Counted from the stretch's first letter, positions 12,200 through 25,837 are shown. The stretch: 64,000 nt of DNA from Octopus vulgaris (GCA_951406725.2 OX597820.1:10354001-10418000), one strand, 5' to 3'. A program made the numbers and translations. The notes: generated by a model not told the origin, from the sequence alone.

Positions 12200-13060
12200 T
12201 GTTAGAGGATTAGAAAAGAAGGAGCGATAAAGAGAGAAAGGGGGTTGGTGATGCTGTATGTAAATTAGGGATGGATCGTAAAGGAAATGTATTTAGGAAA
12301 TTGCTTCGTCAATCTAATGTAAATAGAGTCTATAAATAGTAAATAAGAATAAAGTTGATGAGAGAGAGTGAGTTAGTTAGGGATTGTGAGGGAGGAGGAG
12401 GATGTGGTGGTGGAAATCTTGTTTAGAGAGAATTAAGAAGGAGGGGGTTGTCGGGGTTTAGAGAGAAGGTCGGTAGGAGAAAGAGAAAAGCAGTGATTTG
12501 CAGAACGAGTGATGCACTTATAGAGGGATGGTGGGAGATAGATAAATAGATAGACAGAGAGAAAGAGAGAGAGAGAGAGAGACAGACAGAGACAGAGACA
12601 GAGACAGTGAAAGACAGAGGGAGAAGCTGGAAGACAGAAAGTGACAGAAAATGAGATTGAGGAACTGAGAGGGAATATATTTTTGTGAATAAGAGGGAAA
12701 AGTTGGGGGGAGAGCATTTAGGAAGGAAGGTAAATGAAGCGTAGGGTGGTGGTGGTGGTGGTGGTGGTGGAAAAGAGGAATCAAAGGTAAAGTGGAAATG
12801 AGAGATTAAGATGATAGTGGGGGTGGGGTGGCGGTAATGAGTTGGATTTTATTTTCAAGGTCATGAAATCAATGGAAGAAAAGGAAATTGGAAGGTGACA
12901 GAGAAAGAGAGAGGAAAGGGGGAAAAGAAAAGCGGAGAGGGAGAGAGAGAGAGAGTGAAAGAGAGAGAGAGAGAGAGAAGGAAAAGGGGCCAAGAGGGGA
13001 GAGTTTGAATGAAAATCAGAAGATAAAGTGTTCTATATAGGGAAACGAAATGAAAGAAGA
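12200..13060. repeat. Purine-rich (GA) low-complexity tract
   Basis: Strong G/A strand bias with (GA)n, (GACAGA)n and (GGT)n. Confidence 0.85.
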
Positions 13061-13078
13061 ATGTAAGGTGGGAAATTG

Positions 13079-13118
<40 letters not shown>

Positions 13119-13151
13119 GCGTGTGTGTGTGTGCAAATGCATGTATGGATT

Positions 13152-13190
<39 letters not shown>

Positions 13191-13240
13191 ATGTTCAATA
13201 TCTATCTATCTACCTATCTGTCGATCTATTTGTCTCTCTT

Positions 13241-13300
<60 letters not shown>

Positions 13301-13441
13301 ATTTATATGTATGTATGTATGGATGGATGGATGGAGGGGAGAGAAACCACTTCAAAGACAAACGAAATGAACGAAAAAAAGAACGAGTGAGAGTTATAAA
13401 ACGAATGATTATAAGATATGGTTAGGGGAGGGAGATTTAAT

Positions 13442-13519
<78 letters not shown>

Positions 13520-13691
13520 GAGGGAGAGAGGAATGATTCTGATCAACAATAGAACGTAAGAATAATAGAATAATGAGTTGATAAGCATACACCTTAATGA
13601 GAAGATAAAGAAATGATCACAGAGAATCATTTATCAAGGATATATAGTTAGCTGGAGACTGATGAGGTGACATACGCAAAAACCTGCATAT

Positions 13692-13761
<70 letters not shown>

Positions 13762-13862
13762 ACACGCATACACACACACACACATACAGTCTGAAATACA
13801 CATACGCACTCACACACATACATAGCACAAACATGTGCAGACATAAGCTTTCTCTCACATGC

Positions 13863-13934
<72 letters not shown>

Positions 13935-14202
13935 ATGCACCGTTGCGTGCATACATTACAAAGGAAATCATTAATACAAACATCTGCAAGCGTGGGCAGG
14001 CACATACAGATGATCGACAAATAGGTACCGATGCGCAACCACACGGAACCCGTACAATGCTGAAACAGATGCATACATCCACACACGAACGCGCGTGCAT
14101 ATATATATATATATATATATATAGTGGTAAAAACAGTAAGATAACAAAAGAAAGAAAGAGACCCCAATATTATGTAAATAGAGGAAATTTATCTATAAAA
14201 TA

Positions 14203-15497
14203 CTAGCAGAGATACCCGGCGTTGTCCAGTTACATTCAATTGAAGAATTAAACTTTGCTGTTATATCTTTTGTAACGAACTGGAATATCTATGTTTCGAA
14301 TTTTATCAAAATTGCAGATGAGGCTTATTTCCCTCTTTACACACCCTAAAAAATTGTAACCGTGCCACATGTATCCCATACTACTCATTTTTATGCGCAT
14401 ATTCTAAAATTCCAGTCTTATTGAACCTGTTAAAAAGATTTTGCTCCTGAAAAATGAAGGTCATGGAGCTCTAAAATGTGAGAGTTAAGGCCCCTGTTGG
14501 GGATGGACATCTTAATGTCGACCAGAGAAGCTGAATTGTTGAAAATCTTTTTAACTTGGGTCTTATATCTATTATTTGAATTACTTTGAAATAGGAATTA
14601 TATGTTTACTGGGTTTGTAAAAGAGAGCAAAGCTACAGGAAACCAAGAGACGAATGATCACAATAAGCTGTCAGTTACCCTACCCTAGTCGTTATCACTC
14701 CCAGTGTAGGGTTCCTCACCATCCAGGTGACAGGCACAGCCATAAGATGCATTACGAATCTATAGCAATTGGAAGGGCGTGACCCAACTGAAATCAACAT
14801 TAACAACTGTGTGACGTGAGGGCTAAGGAGAAATTAAAGTGTCACCTCTGGAGTTTGCAGATGACCACTATGCTGATACGTAACTGGACAGAATAAATTT
14901 ACAATCTATAAATGTCTTTGAATAATCAGTCACTCATCTGGCAAGGCCTTGAAATCAATGTTACCATCTGGGGACTATGTGTGACCGAGTGATAATAAAA
15001 AGACTGAAAGGAAGTCTGCACTCAAATAAATTTACGCAACACTTTGCAACTGAATCAGTGGAGGCAAAGATGCCTCTCATTTACTTGACAATTTATGCAA
15101 GACATTGCAGAAATCACAATGTAAGTGTATGTCAAAGCAAACTGTTACACTGTTGTACCATTGAATTATGCTCAGGTAACCCTACAGTTTCCAAGAGCAC
15201 AACTGTATTCGTTTTTGCTTAGATAAAATGACAAAATTGTGGGTGTTAAGTCCCCATGGAGGGGTCTTTCTAACTTTGTAAGAAGATGAAATTTTATAAA
15301 TATCACTTCATTTGTGTCTAATATCTATGGTTAAAATTTCATCAACAGCAAAAATATATGAATTGTCATGGGGTTTATGGCCCTTATGCATAGAATATAA
15401 TTTCCAAATTTCATAAAGATACATTCAATACTTTTGACCTAGTTTGGATCATAAAAGAAATGACTAAAATTTGGGAGTTAATGCTCCCATTAGAGTG

Positions 15498-15538
<41 letters not shown>

Positions 15539-15563
15539 TATATACATACATACATACATACAT

Positions 15564-15596
<33 letters not shown>

Positions 15597-15650
15597 GATA
15601 GATATAGATACACACACACTCACAAACATATACAAAGATAAATTGATTAG
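14203..15650 (-). mobile_element. Older, longer Helitron-like element (far end uncertain)
   Basis: a|ctagcagagatacccggcgttgtccag terminus truncates a repeat that continues intact at 30990-31200. Confidence 0.45.
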
Positions 15651-16479
15651 ATACAACTGAGTGGGCAAACAAAAATATGAGACACAGCCTAGTGCTTTTT
15701 TATGTTGATAAGCCTAGTACTTATTCTATTAGTTTGTTTTTGTGAAACCAGTAAGTTTTGTGGATGTAAATAAATGAACAGCAGTTGTGAAGCAATGATG
15801 TGGGCGAAACACAGACGCAAAGACACACACATACACTTACATATATACATACATATATATACGATTGATTTGTTTCAGTTCCTGTCTACGAAATCCATAT
15901 ATATTGTTGTTGGTATCCTTGTTGTCTCGGGAGACAATGGAGTTGCGCATAAAATAATCTAGTCCGGCTTTTACATTTTACAGCGATTCGTTTTTATATC
16001 TTGATTTTTTATTTTTCATGCAATTTACGCATGCTTGCACGCGTGGTGAACATAGTTCACGTCAAACAGCTGACTGAGTAAAGTTCACTATTCAATGCAT
16101 GGGATAAGGCCTAAAGAAACACATTATTGATTTTTGCACTGGCGAGGTGAATCTCGGAACAGAAATAGCGCAGTTCAATTGTCATTCACCTAAACTTTAT
16201 GTGACCCATTTTTGGTGGTTCTACGATTTGTTGGCTAGGAGGAGATGTGCCGGGAATTTAAACACACAGAAACACACACAGATACACACACAGACACACA
16301 AGTTGAGTTTTATATTCATGTATAAATACATATAGAAGTAGGTATGTACATATATGTATGTATGCATATGTTTTATTTGTTAAATTGTTATTATATATAT
16401 ATAATGTATATGTATATATGTATATGTAAATATATATATATATGTATATTTATATATGTATTTACATATACATATATAC

Positions 16480-16512
<33 letters not shown>

Positions 16513-16519
16513 TACATAC

Positions 16520-16554
<35 letters not shown>

Positions 16555-16636
16555 GGCATACAAAATATATATGCACATATATACCAACAGATTGGGAGAT
16601 TTGCACAAACGCATATGTATGTATATATGTATTCGC

Positions 16637-16693
<57 letters not shown>

Positions 16694-17540
16694 TGTCTGT
16701 GTATGTGTATGTATATACAGGGTTATATATCGGCTGTATATCTATACACACACATGCGTATAAATACATGCACATGCACACACATGCATAGATGTGTGTG
16801 TGTGTATGTCTGTATGTGTGTGCCGCGAAACTGCTTAAAATCGCTAATCTTTAGTCTGAAGAAAAACGACAGAAGAAAACGAAGGAAAGAAAATTATAGA
16901 AAACGAATGAAATCCGAAGCCAACCCACTTAACCTAATTACAGTTGTTGATTATAAATTAGTACAGCTGAAAAGATGATGGCTTGTTAAAATTATGTTTT
17001 GAAACAATTTCAAACAAACACGTCCAATTATTCTTTCTTTTTGTTCTGTTGTTGATCAACGAGATAAATAGAGCGAAGGTAAATGTAAAATTATAGGAAA
17101 CCGAATCATAACTCTAAAATTACTTTTTTGAACACAACGTAGAGGAAAAATATCTGAGATGGTATACTATATTTTCTATAATAGCAATTCTGCGGCAGCA
17201 GCAGCAGTAGTGGTAGTGGTAGTAGAAGTAGTAGCTTTTGTTGTAGTAGTTGAGTAACTGTAGGCAAGGTCTGATCAAGTGGAATTTTGGTGAAATCAGT
17301 TCAAAGAACACTCCGAAATTTGTTTAGCAGACAAATATTCAAAAGTATATTATCCAATGGTTTAATTCATTATTTGAAGACCATAGTCTGTCGGCTACTA
17401 TTCGCCAACTGCCCTTCTCAAATCTTATTGAATGAATGCATGAAATATCGTTTGGAAAGAATTTCTATAGTTACAGTTCAAATTTCGTCTATTTATGAAC
17501 TTGAATTTCGTATATTTATGAACTTGAAAGATTTCTAATA

Positions 17541-17975
17541 AGGTAGCGAGCTGGCAGAATCGTTAGCACGCCGGGAAAAGTGCGTAGCGGAATTTCGTCT
17601 GTCTTTACGTTCTGAGTTCAAATTCTCCGAGATCGACTTTGCCTTTCATCCTTTCGGGGTCGATGGAATAGTACCAGTTACGCACTGGGGTCGATGTAAT
17701 CGACTTGATTTCTTCCCCAAAATTTCGGGCCTTGCGCCTAGAGTAGAAAGGATTATTAAAAGGCGGTGAGCTGGCAGAATCGTTAGCACGCCGGGCGAAA
17801 TGCTTAGCGGTGTTTTGTCTCTCTTTACGTTCTGAGTTCAAATTCCGCCGAGACTGACTTTGCTTTTCATCCTTTCGGGGTCGTTAAATTAATTACCAGT
17901 TGCCTACTGGGTTCGATCTAATCACCTATCCCCCTCCCCCAAAATATCAGGCCTTGTGCCTAGAGTAGAAAATAA
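17541..17975 (+). mobile_element. SINE family A dimer (alternative tail)
   Basis: Two headed units with ggccttgtgcctagagtagaaa tails; flanked by aaag(a/g)tttctaata. Confidence 0.85.
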
Positions 17976-19636
17976 TAAAGGTTTCTAATATGAACTTCAT
18001 GAATTTCTAAAGATAAAATATTTGATTGGTTCACCGGACAAAAAACTGTGCGAAGTCCGAATACAGAAGTATTTGTTTATCGTTAAAAAAAGTGCTGTCT
18101 GTGCCATAATGACGGAAAAAAATATCTACATCTTGTCAGTCATTTTGTAACTGCCTGTGTGAGATACATGTGTCAGCAATAAGAGTCGATTTAAGTAGTC
18201 GTTGAATTCTGTAGTGACTGGTATATCTTCCTGCAGCACATAGTCTTAGCTGCGTTCCATCCATTAGCTAGTTACCTGGCAAACCATCAATGGTTTTGTA
18301 AAGAAAAGGCAACAAAGACAGAATCATCAATGACATTCTAATATTGTTTTCAAGGTTTGGCGCGAGGCAGGCAACTTAGGGGGAGGGGTTAAGTCAACTG
18401 GTCTTTATTTTATCGATCTCGAAAGAACGAAAGGAAAATTTGACCTAGGTGGTATTTGAACTCAGAACGTAAAGGCGGACGAAATGCCGCTAACCATTTT
18501 GCTAGCTCGCCGCCTTAAATGACATACTAATATGTTGTTTGTCTTCAAATGGCTACTTTACAACTTGGACGATAAACCCAGTTACTGATACAAGACGTTC
18601 TTAATACGTTTACCTGAATGGTTAGTTGCTTGCTGACATCATCAATCTCTGACAAGATCCTGTTTGATGTTTACAATTACTTTCACGTCTGAACAGTATG
18701 GTTTGGGGTTCGATTCCTAGTCAGTACCTTGGTAGTTGATATTCTGCCAATATTCCATCAACAAATCTACTGAAATTCAGAACCTGTTTATAATGACGTG
18801 TAAAACATCTCTTTTCGTAAGAAAAACGCACAGACACACAAAAGTTTACACATATATACACAGAAACAAGATGGACGTTATTCCAGATCTTTCTCGAAAG
18901 ATAAACACATAGCATAAACATACATTCTTTTCTCAATTTTATAATTATAAAATAGTTTTCTGTGACGAAGTGTACTTATAATCTGGCGCGCATAATAGAC
19001 TGATAATTACAATAATTGTATAAGAAAATCTTCTTCTTCCCTGTCTAATGCACAAATGGCCCTAACGACTAAGATATATATTTAACCATCGTAATATTCC
19101 TGAAGAGCAAACAACATCAAAATATTAGTGTTGTTAGGAAAGTGTAAATTCGGAATTCGTTTGGAAAGTATTTCTATGGTAACAGTTCAAACTTTGTCTG
19201 AAGTATATTTATAAACTTGAAATCCAAAAAGTAACTAAATAAATCGTTCGATATATGTTGCACGCACATCAGATTAAGACTTGCCCAAGAATTGTATGCA
19301 GGTGAGTATGTGAGGGGGGTGAGTGTGAGTGCATGAGTATGTGAGAAATCCTGAATCTTTATCTTTTTGCGTCTTACCTATGTTTTCCCCCGCCACTACC
19401 ACCACTACCACCACCACCACCACCACCACCACCACCACTACCACCATCATCCCTCAACGCTACATAAACACATTAAAACATCGCCATTAGTAAATAACAT
19501 CATCAATACATTCCACAAATTTCTACACGCAAATATCAGAAACCTAAATATAATCAATATCTGCACATAATTTTATATGTGTGTGCGTGTGCATGCGTGC
19601 GTATGTGTGCATGCGTGAGTGTGTGTGCATGCGCGC

Positions 19637-19667
<31 letters not shown>

Positions 19668-19723
19668 TTAGTCTGTTGGAGCATTAAGGATGAACAATCT
19701 CGCATAAACGCACGCACGAACAC

Positions 19724-19768
<45 letters not shown>

Positions 19769-19904
19769 AAATTATTGAATGATAAAGAAACAAGAATTAC
19801 GTAATCCACTTCATTAGCTTATAGCTGTTTCTGCTACAAGAAACACTGCATTTAGAGTTGCCTGAGCGAAATCACAACATATGTATGAATGTATGTATGT
19901 ATGT

Positions 19905-20006
19905 ATGTATTTTCATACATATAGTTACATATCTAGACATGCTCATATATATTCAAATGATAAACTTCTGGAAAGTTTTACATATTTTTTTTTTAGTTCC
20001 AGTGAC
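19905..20006 (-). mobile_element. Third 3'-end copy of the (TATG)n-associated REL LINE
   Basis: catatctagacatgctcatatatatt.aaatgataaacttctggaaagt shared with 10835-10880, again abutting (TATG)n. Confidence 0.75.
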
Positions 20007-20115
20007 GTATTGGACATATCAGCAGATGGCTCATGCACCATTTTCTATGTAGTCATAGGAGGCGATTTAGTTTGCATCTGGCCTCGTTTCGGGTACCCGA
20101 TATTGACAAGTCAAA

Positions 20116-20367
20116 GGCGGCGAGCTGGCAGAAAAAGGCGGCGAGCTGGCAGAAACGTTAGCACGCCGGGCGAAATGCTTAGCGGTATTTCGTCTGCGTT
20201 ACGTTGTGAGTTCAAATTCCGCCGAGGTCGACTTTGCCTTTCATCCTTTCGGGGTCGATAAATTAAGTACCAGTTACGCACTGGGGTCGATGTAATCGAC
20301 TTAATACCTATGTCTGTCCTTGTTTGTCCCCTCTGTGTTTAGCCCCTTGTGGGTAATAAAGAAATAG
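20116..20367 (+). mobile_element. SINE family A monomer with duplicated 5' 20-mer
   Basis: TSD tattgacaagtca at 20101-20113 and 20369-20381. Confidence 0.9.
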
Positions 20368-20626
20368 GTATTGACAAGTCATGCAGATTATGAAACATTA
20401 ATGCCTTTCGCTCCTGTAACGGTACCTGATGCAAGTTGACTCGTTTGTCTATGAATTACAGACGATTTAACACCAGGCGAATTGATGAGAATATATTCTC
20501 TTACGCCTACGATCGCATAGTAAAATAGTAGTTTTGTCCCACTGGTGTGACTCGTATTTAACGAAATAGAGTACACACTGTTGTGAAGTAGAGTGGAATA
20601 ATAGATGATATCTTATTCAAAACTAA

Positions 20627-21237
20627 GGCAGCGAGCTGGCAGAAACGTTAGCACGCCGGGCGAAATGCTTGGCGATATTTCGTCTAAGTTCAAATTTCCG
20701 CCGATGTCGTCTTTGCATTTCATCATTTCGCGATCGATAATTTAAGTACCAGTTGCATACTGGGGTCGATCTACTCGACTAGCCCCTCTCTCAAATTTCA
20801 GGCCTTGTGCCTTTAGTACAAAATATTATTATTGAGAGAAAGGCAGCGAGCTGGCAGAATCGTTAGCACGCCGGGCGAAATGCTTAACAATGTTTCGTCT
20901 GCCGCTACGTTCTGAGTTCAAATTCCGCCGAGGACAACTTTGCCTTTCATCCTTTCGGGGTCGATTAAATAAGTACCGGTTACGCACTGGAGTCGATATA
21001 ATCGACTTAATCCTTTTGTCTGTCCTTGTGTGTCCCCTCTGTGTGTAGCTCCTTGTGGGCAGTAAAGAAATAGGTATTTCGTCTGTCTACGTTCTGAATT
21101 CAAATTTCCGCCGAGGTCGACTTTGCCTTTCATCCTTTCGGGGTCGATAAATCAAGTACGAGTTGCGTACTGGGGTCGATCTAATCGACTGGCCCCCTCC
21201 CTGAAATTGAGGCTTTGTGCCTAGAATAGAAAAAAAT
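20627..21237 (+). mobile_element. SINE family A trimer
   Basis: Three cores; flanked by tcttattcaaa on both sides. Confidence 0.85.
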
Positions 21238-21348
21238 ATTCTTATTCAAATCTGAGACAGCATGCGACCCCGTGCATCCGAGGGTTTAGAACGAGAATTT
21301 CCAGATACTGCGTCTGTATTTGAGATATATTTTGCTCTTTAGAATAAA

Positions 21349-21753
21349 CTAGCAGTATCGCCCGGCGTTGCTCGGGTTTGCAAGGGAAATAACTATATAA
21401 GCATTTTTAGAAATGTAAAGTATAATAGCCATCTCAATATGGCTAACCACAAAGGGGGGGGGGGTGTTACTGTAGCTTTTTACGTTCTGAGATTTAATAA
21501 TGCATTTTTAGAGAGTTACTTCCGTTATATAATAGCAAAAAAAAAAAAATGCATTAAAAATGGGAAAAAATGATGGTAAATTTTTTTTAAATCGTAGACT
21601 CATTGTAGACGCGCGCTAATACCCAGAAGGACTCGATATGAATCACGACTATAAGATACCCGGTTTCGGTTTAACTGCACCGCAAAATGTGGGAGTAGTT
21701 AGGAATCTAAATCGTAGGAGATAGACACACAGCTTCACTTTTATATATAAAGA
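21349..21753 (-). mobile_element. Non-autonomous Helitron
   Basis: a|ctagcagtatcgcccggcgttgctcggg ... tatataaaga|t; highly similar to 48384-48778. Confidence 0.85.
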
Positions 21754-22508
21754 TATACTGCCAGACGAAATTACAAGACTTAATAATATAATAAAGAATA
21801 ACAAAAATTTTTATGTTCAGTGCGCTGTTGCATACTTACGGTTTATACATTGAATCGTCAATTTTTGTTATTCATTTCGCATTATAAATTTTAAATGTTT
21901 CCTTCGTTCTTTTATGATTTTGTATCTCTTTTTGCAGGTATTCATTTATGGTCTGGTTGTTATGTAACGAATTATAAAATTGCTTCATATTTATTATTAA
22001 TTGGAAATATACCTCATATATTCTCATTTAAATATTACATCTATATTCATATATTTTTCTCCTGTACATACGAGTATGCGTTGGCATCAGTGTGTGTACT
22101 TGTTTATTAGTCGGGTTGCATCGGTGTGTATGTATAAATAATTTTAATATACATATGTGTAGACTGTGCTAAGTGAGGGCATGTGCGTTGGTGCTTATGC
22201 ATGAAAACAGGATGCTTCTACACATGATTAACTACAGGGGGTAATTTTAAAATCTTTTGGGTTTAAACACATTAAATATATGATAATAGAATGAGAGTTC
22301 CGGTAAAAATACCGATGTGGAAGTAATTTTAATGATGAATATTGCCTAGAAAGCAGTAAATATAATCCTTAAACATGGTTATTAATATTAATTTCTTTAC
22401 TCATCGTCCTTCAACTAATTTGCTTTTTTCCAAAATGGTTGAAGATTAACTTCAACTATAACTTCCGGCAGAAACGTTATGCAATATACTTACATGGAAA
22501 CATACGTA

Positions 22509-22579
<71 letters not shown>

Positions 22580-23263
22580 TACCATAACACATATATACAC
22601 ATACATACATACATACATACATACATACATACATACATACATACATACATACATACGTACATACACACATACATACATATATTCATATCACAGCCAATTT
22701 AATGCTCTAAATTAGGTCCATTAATAACGAGCTAATAGCGCAACGTTCCATAAAGTCTGATGTAGATTATATAAATCTGATATGATCGTAAAATTATACA
22801 ATACTTAGATAAATTTATTACAAATTATTATTAATTACACACACGAAACTTCAATGTTTGCCATTTTCGTAAAACATTACGCTAATAAAATGACTTTAAC
22901 ATAAACACCAGCATATATAGAAATATAGTCATCAGTCAGTCATTTAATTAGCTTCATAAAAAAGTGTTAGACTGTCTATATGCAATCCAATTTTGTATTA
23001 ACTCATTATAAAATTTAAACGACCACAGAATTATTATTCTAGAATTATGACCATCATACAAGCATGTATGCATAACTATATAAACAGTGTAAAGTAGAAT
23101 AATATGTACTAAAAGAACACTGTTGCCGATGTTATAATTTAATATCCGCTAAAGTGTTATAAACTATATAAATATAGGGCAGTAATTAATCCTGAAGAAA
23201 AGCAATGTGTTTTATTTACATTATTTACATTTGACGGATATTTGTCCATCTTGTTTATTGTTA

Positions 23264-23307
23264 ACACAACGTTTCGGCTGATATACCCTCTAGCCTTCAT
23301 TAGGTGT
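23264..23307 (-). ncRNA. Minimal hammerhead motif (core mutated to CTAATGA) in a SINE tail
   Basis: ACAC-CTAATGA-a-GGCT-agagggtatatc-AGCC-GAAA-CG-TT-GTGT. Confidence 0.7.
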
Positions 23308-23366
23308 CTTGGCGAAATTTCGAACCTGAGTTCTCATTCCTAAGGTATTTTTCGATGTTGTTGTTG

Positions 23367-23397
<31 letters not shown>

Positions 23398-23400
23398 CAT

Positions 23401-24607
23401 TCAGTAGTTTTATTTTTATAGCGTGCTTTCACTTCACTACCGAGCGCAGCTCTGTGTGCCTTAGGTATGTGCTGTGATTTGTTGTGATGCTCTGATGGTT
23501 ATTGTATGGAAAGTGTTCTGCGTAGGATGTGTGCAGTGCCTAGTAGTGCAATTTTCTGTATGTTATATGTGTTTGTAAGTCCTGGTGTTTTTGTTATGTA
23601 TTTGTCTGAATATTTTTTTATCATGCCTAATGCACCTAGTATGATAGGAATTGTTTCTGCTTTTAGATTCCACGTTCTGGTTACCTCTATTTCCAGGTCT
23701 TTGTATTTTGAAAGTTTCTCCATTTCTTTTAGAGACACGTTGTCATCTGCCGGTATTGATACATCAATTAGAAAGCATTGTTTTTCTTCATGATCTCTGA
23801 CTACTATATCTGGTCTGTTGGCCTTAATTTCTCTATCTGTGTGTATCGGCATATCCCAGAGTATGGTTGCTTTCTCGTTTTCTGTGACCTTTTCTGGTGT
23901 GTGCCTATACCATCTTTTTTCTGTTGTTATTCCATAATGTTGGCATAGCTTCCAGTGTATATAGGTTCCAACTCTGTCATGTCTGTGAATATATTTCTTC
24001 TTAGCCAGGACTGGGCAGCCAGAGATAATATGATTTATTGTTTCTTGTCCATCTCCACATATTCTGCAGTTTCTTGTTATATTTCTTTTCATTACATGTT
24101 TTTGGTAATTTCTTGTGGGCGGGGAGGCTTTGGTCTTGTGCTGCAATTAAAAATTCCCCTGTCTCTGCTTTGAGTCCTGAGCTTCTCAACCATTGCTGGG
24201 ATTTTTCTTTGTCTATTTCTTTTGCGTTTAGTTTAGTCCAGTATTTACCATGAAGGGGTTTTTCTTGCCATCGCTTTATCATGGTTCGTTGCTGTTCTAT
24301 TTTTAGTTTGGATTTCATTTGTTTTATAGCTTTTGTTGTTTCTTCTTCTTCTTCTTCTTCTTCTTCTTCTTCTTCTTCTTCTTCTTCTTCTTCTTCTTCT
24401 TCTTCTTCTTCTTCTTCTTCTTCTTCTTCTTCATATTTATTAGGTGGTATGATTTCTTGTTTGTATTTGTCAGCTTCCTTAAATACTGAGAACAGTTTTT
24501 TGTTTTGCTCGTGTTTTGCCGCTATTTGTATCAGTTTTCCTTTCTTCTGAAGTAGATATTTTTGCAGTCCTATGGTGGTTATTTTATAGTAGTTTTCCAG
24601 CTGTATA

Positions 24608-24608
<1 letters not shown>
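23401..24608 (-). mobile_element. 5'-truncated R4/Dong-like LINE (second subfamily) inserted in (TAA)n
   Basis: Reads IQLENYYKITTIGLQKYL...WQEKPLHGKY...LKAETGEFLIAAQDQSL, frameshift near 24120, then CRICGDGQETINHIISGC, RHD, RPDIVV, KYKDL, ILGALG. TAA repeats on both flanks. 3' UTR differs from the 32 kb copy. Confidence 0.92.
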
Positions 24609-24660
<52 letters not shown>

Positions 24661-24789
24661 GATGATGATGATGTTGCTACTGCCTTGCCTAATAATGGAA
24701 TCGAACTTGGAATCTTGGGGTTAGTAGCCCGCGCTCTTAGCCACTACGCCACATGCCATGTGCTCGTGGCCTAATAATACGCCAGGATT

Positions 24790-25205
24790 GGTTTCAGGAA
24801 AACGATGTGCTGATCTAGGAATTACTAAAGCAGAGGTAGTCTAGCCACCAAGCAAATCTGGCACAACCATTCTGCCCAGAGAAGAAAGCGGCATTTCGCC
24901 AAGCCTACAACTTTCTGCAGCGCGAACTTCGTGAAGTTCAAAATGATTGGTGGACTAAATTCGCACGGAAAACCCAACTGTGCGCTGACACTGACATTTA
25001 GGGGCTAAGGGTTCTACGTAGCTCTCAAGGCAATTTATGACCAAACACATCGTCCGGTGTCCCCTGTCAATCAGAATGGAACTAGATGAGCCTTCAAAAC
25101 TAGAAGAGAGTACAGTTGCCATAGGCTGGCTGAAGAGCAGAAAGGCAGCAGGAGTCGATAGCATACCATGGAAGTATGGGGATTCTGTTCTACATGCTAT
25201 GTATA
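24790..25205 (+). pseudogene. Decayed RTE-clade LINE fragment (endonuclease-RT linker)
   Basis: QRELREVQNDWWTKFARKTQLCADT..GFYVALKAIY and ELDEPSKLEE..AI..LKSRKAAGVDSIP..WKYG resemble RTE/BovB-type ORFs; frameshifted. Confidence 0.7.
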
Positions 25206-25301
25206 GAAGCACGGGAATTTTGTCTTACAAGATAAAAACTCCATGAGATCCTCTTTGCATGCTGGAAAAAGGGCAAGCTGTTCCCAGCATAAAACGAGGG
25301 C

Positions 25302-25477
25302 AATTATACCTAAAATCTCCAAGAAGTTAAGAACATGTTGTCTCTACTTCGGCATAGAAGTTACTAAAATTATCAAGAAGACTATTCTTCTTGATAATTT
25401 AGTAATTTCTATGCTGAAGTAAAGACAACATGTTCTTTATCTATCTCTTTAACTTCTTGGAGATTTTAGGTATAATT
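25302..25477. repeat. Near-perfect palindrome, ~80-bp arms
   Basis: aattatacctaaaatctccaagaagttaa...tatcaagaag-actatt-cttcttgata...ttaacttcttggagattttaggtataatt. Confidence 0.9.
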
Positions 25478-25525
25478 ACACTAATGTGTCCATCTGTTCT
25501 AATTTAATTAAATTCTATGTCTTTG

Positions 25526-25612
25526 TGCAGCTGAAGATTGCTTTACATTTTAAAATGATGTAACGATTGCATTGTTCAATCAAATGGAGTTGCATGAAAT
25601 GATCATACTGCA
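25526..25612 (+). ncRNA. Type I hammerhead motif, long loop II, palindromic stem III
   Basis: TGCAG-CTGAAGA-tTGC...GCAt-GAAA-TGATCA-TA-CTGCA. Confidence 0.75.
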
Positions 25613-25837
25613 TTACCTCTGGATATCCTTGTTGCTTTTTTTTTATTTTAATCACTTTACTTTGAAATTGTATGGATAATACCGTACTAGATTCTGGAGC
25701 GTCAACTTAAGTACCATATTCATCTGAATCTAAATTTTTGTATATATATATATAATAATAATAAATATTAGGGAATAAATCCAAATTTACAGGGAAAAAA
25801 TCAGATTTAGGATTAAATTCAATTTTATAGTAAAATA

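Larger units (their letters stand above)
23205..24760 (-). mobile_element. tRNA-headed SINE with internal (AAT/AAC)n and hammerhead tail, split by the Dong insertion
   Basis: Head ~24695-24760 has A box TGGCGTAGTGG and B box GTTCGATTCC. Tail 23205-23370 carries the hammerhead. Both parts recur together at 28426-28655. Confidence 0.7.

Noticed and set aside
13655-13695. Isolated CTGATGA (also CTGAAGA at ~19101, 38531, 47121 and CTGACGA at ~56752)
   Set aside because: No stem II plus GAAA/UH arrangement; chance heptamers.
21900-21990. Polypyrimidine tract + CAG suggesting a splice acceptor
   Set aside because: No supported downstream exon; such tracts are common in AT-rich DNA.
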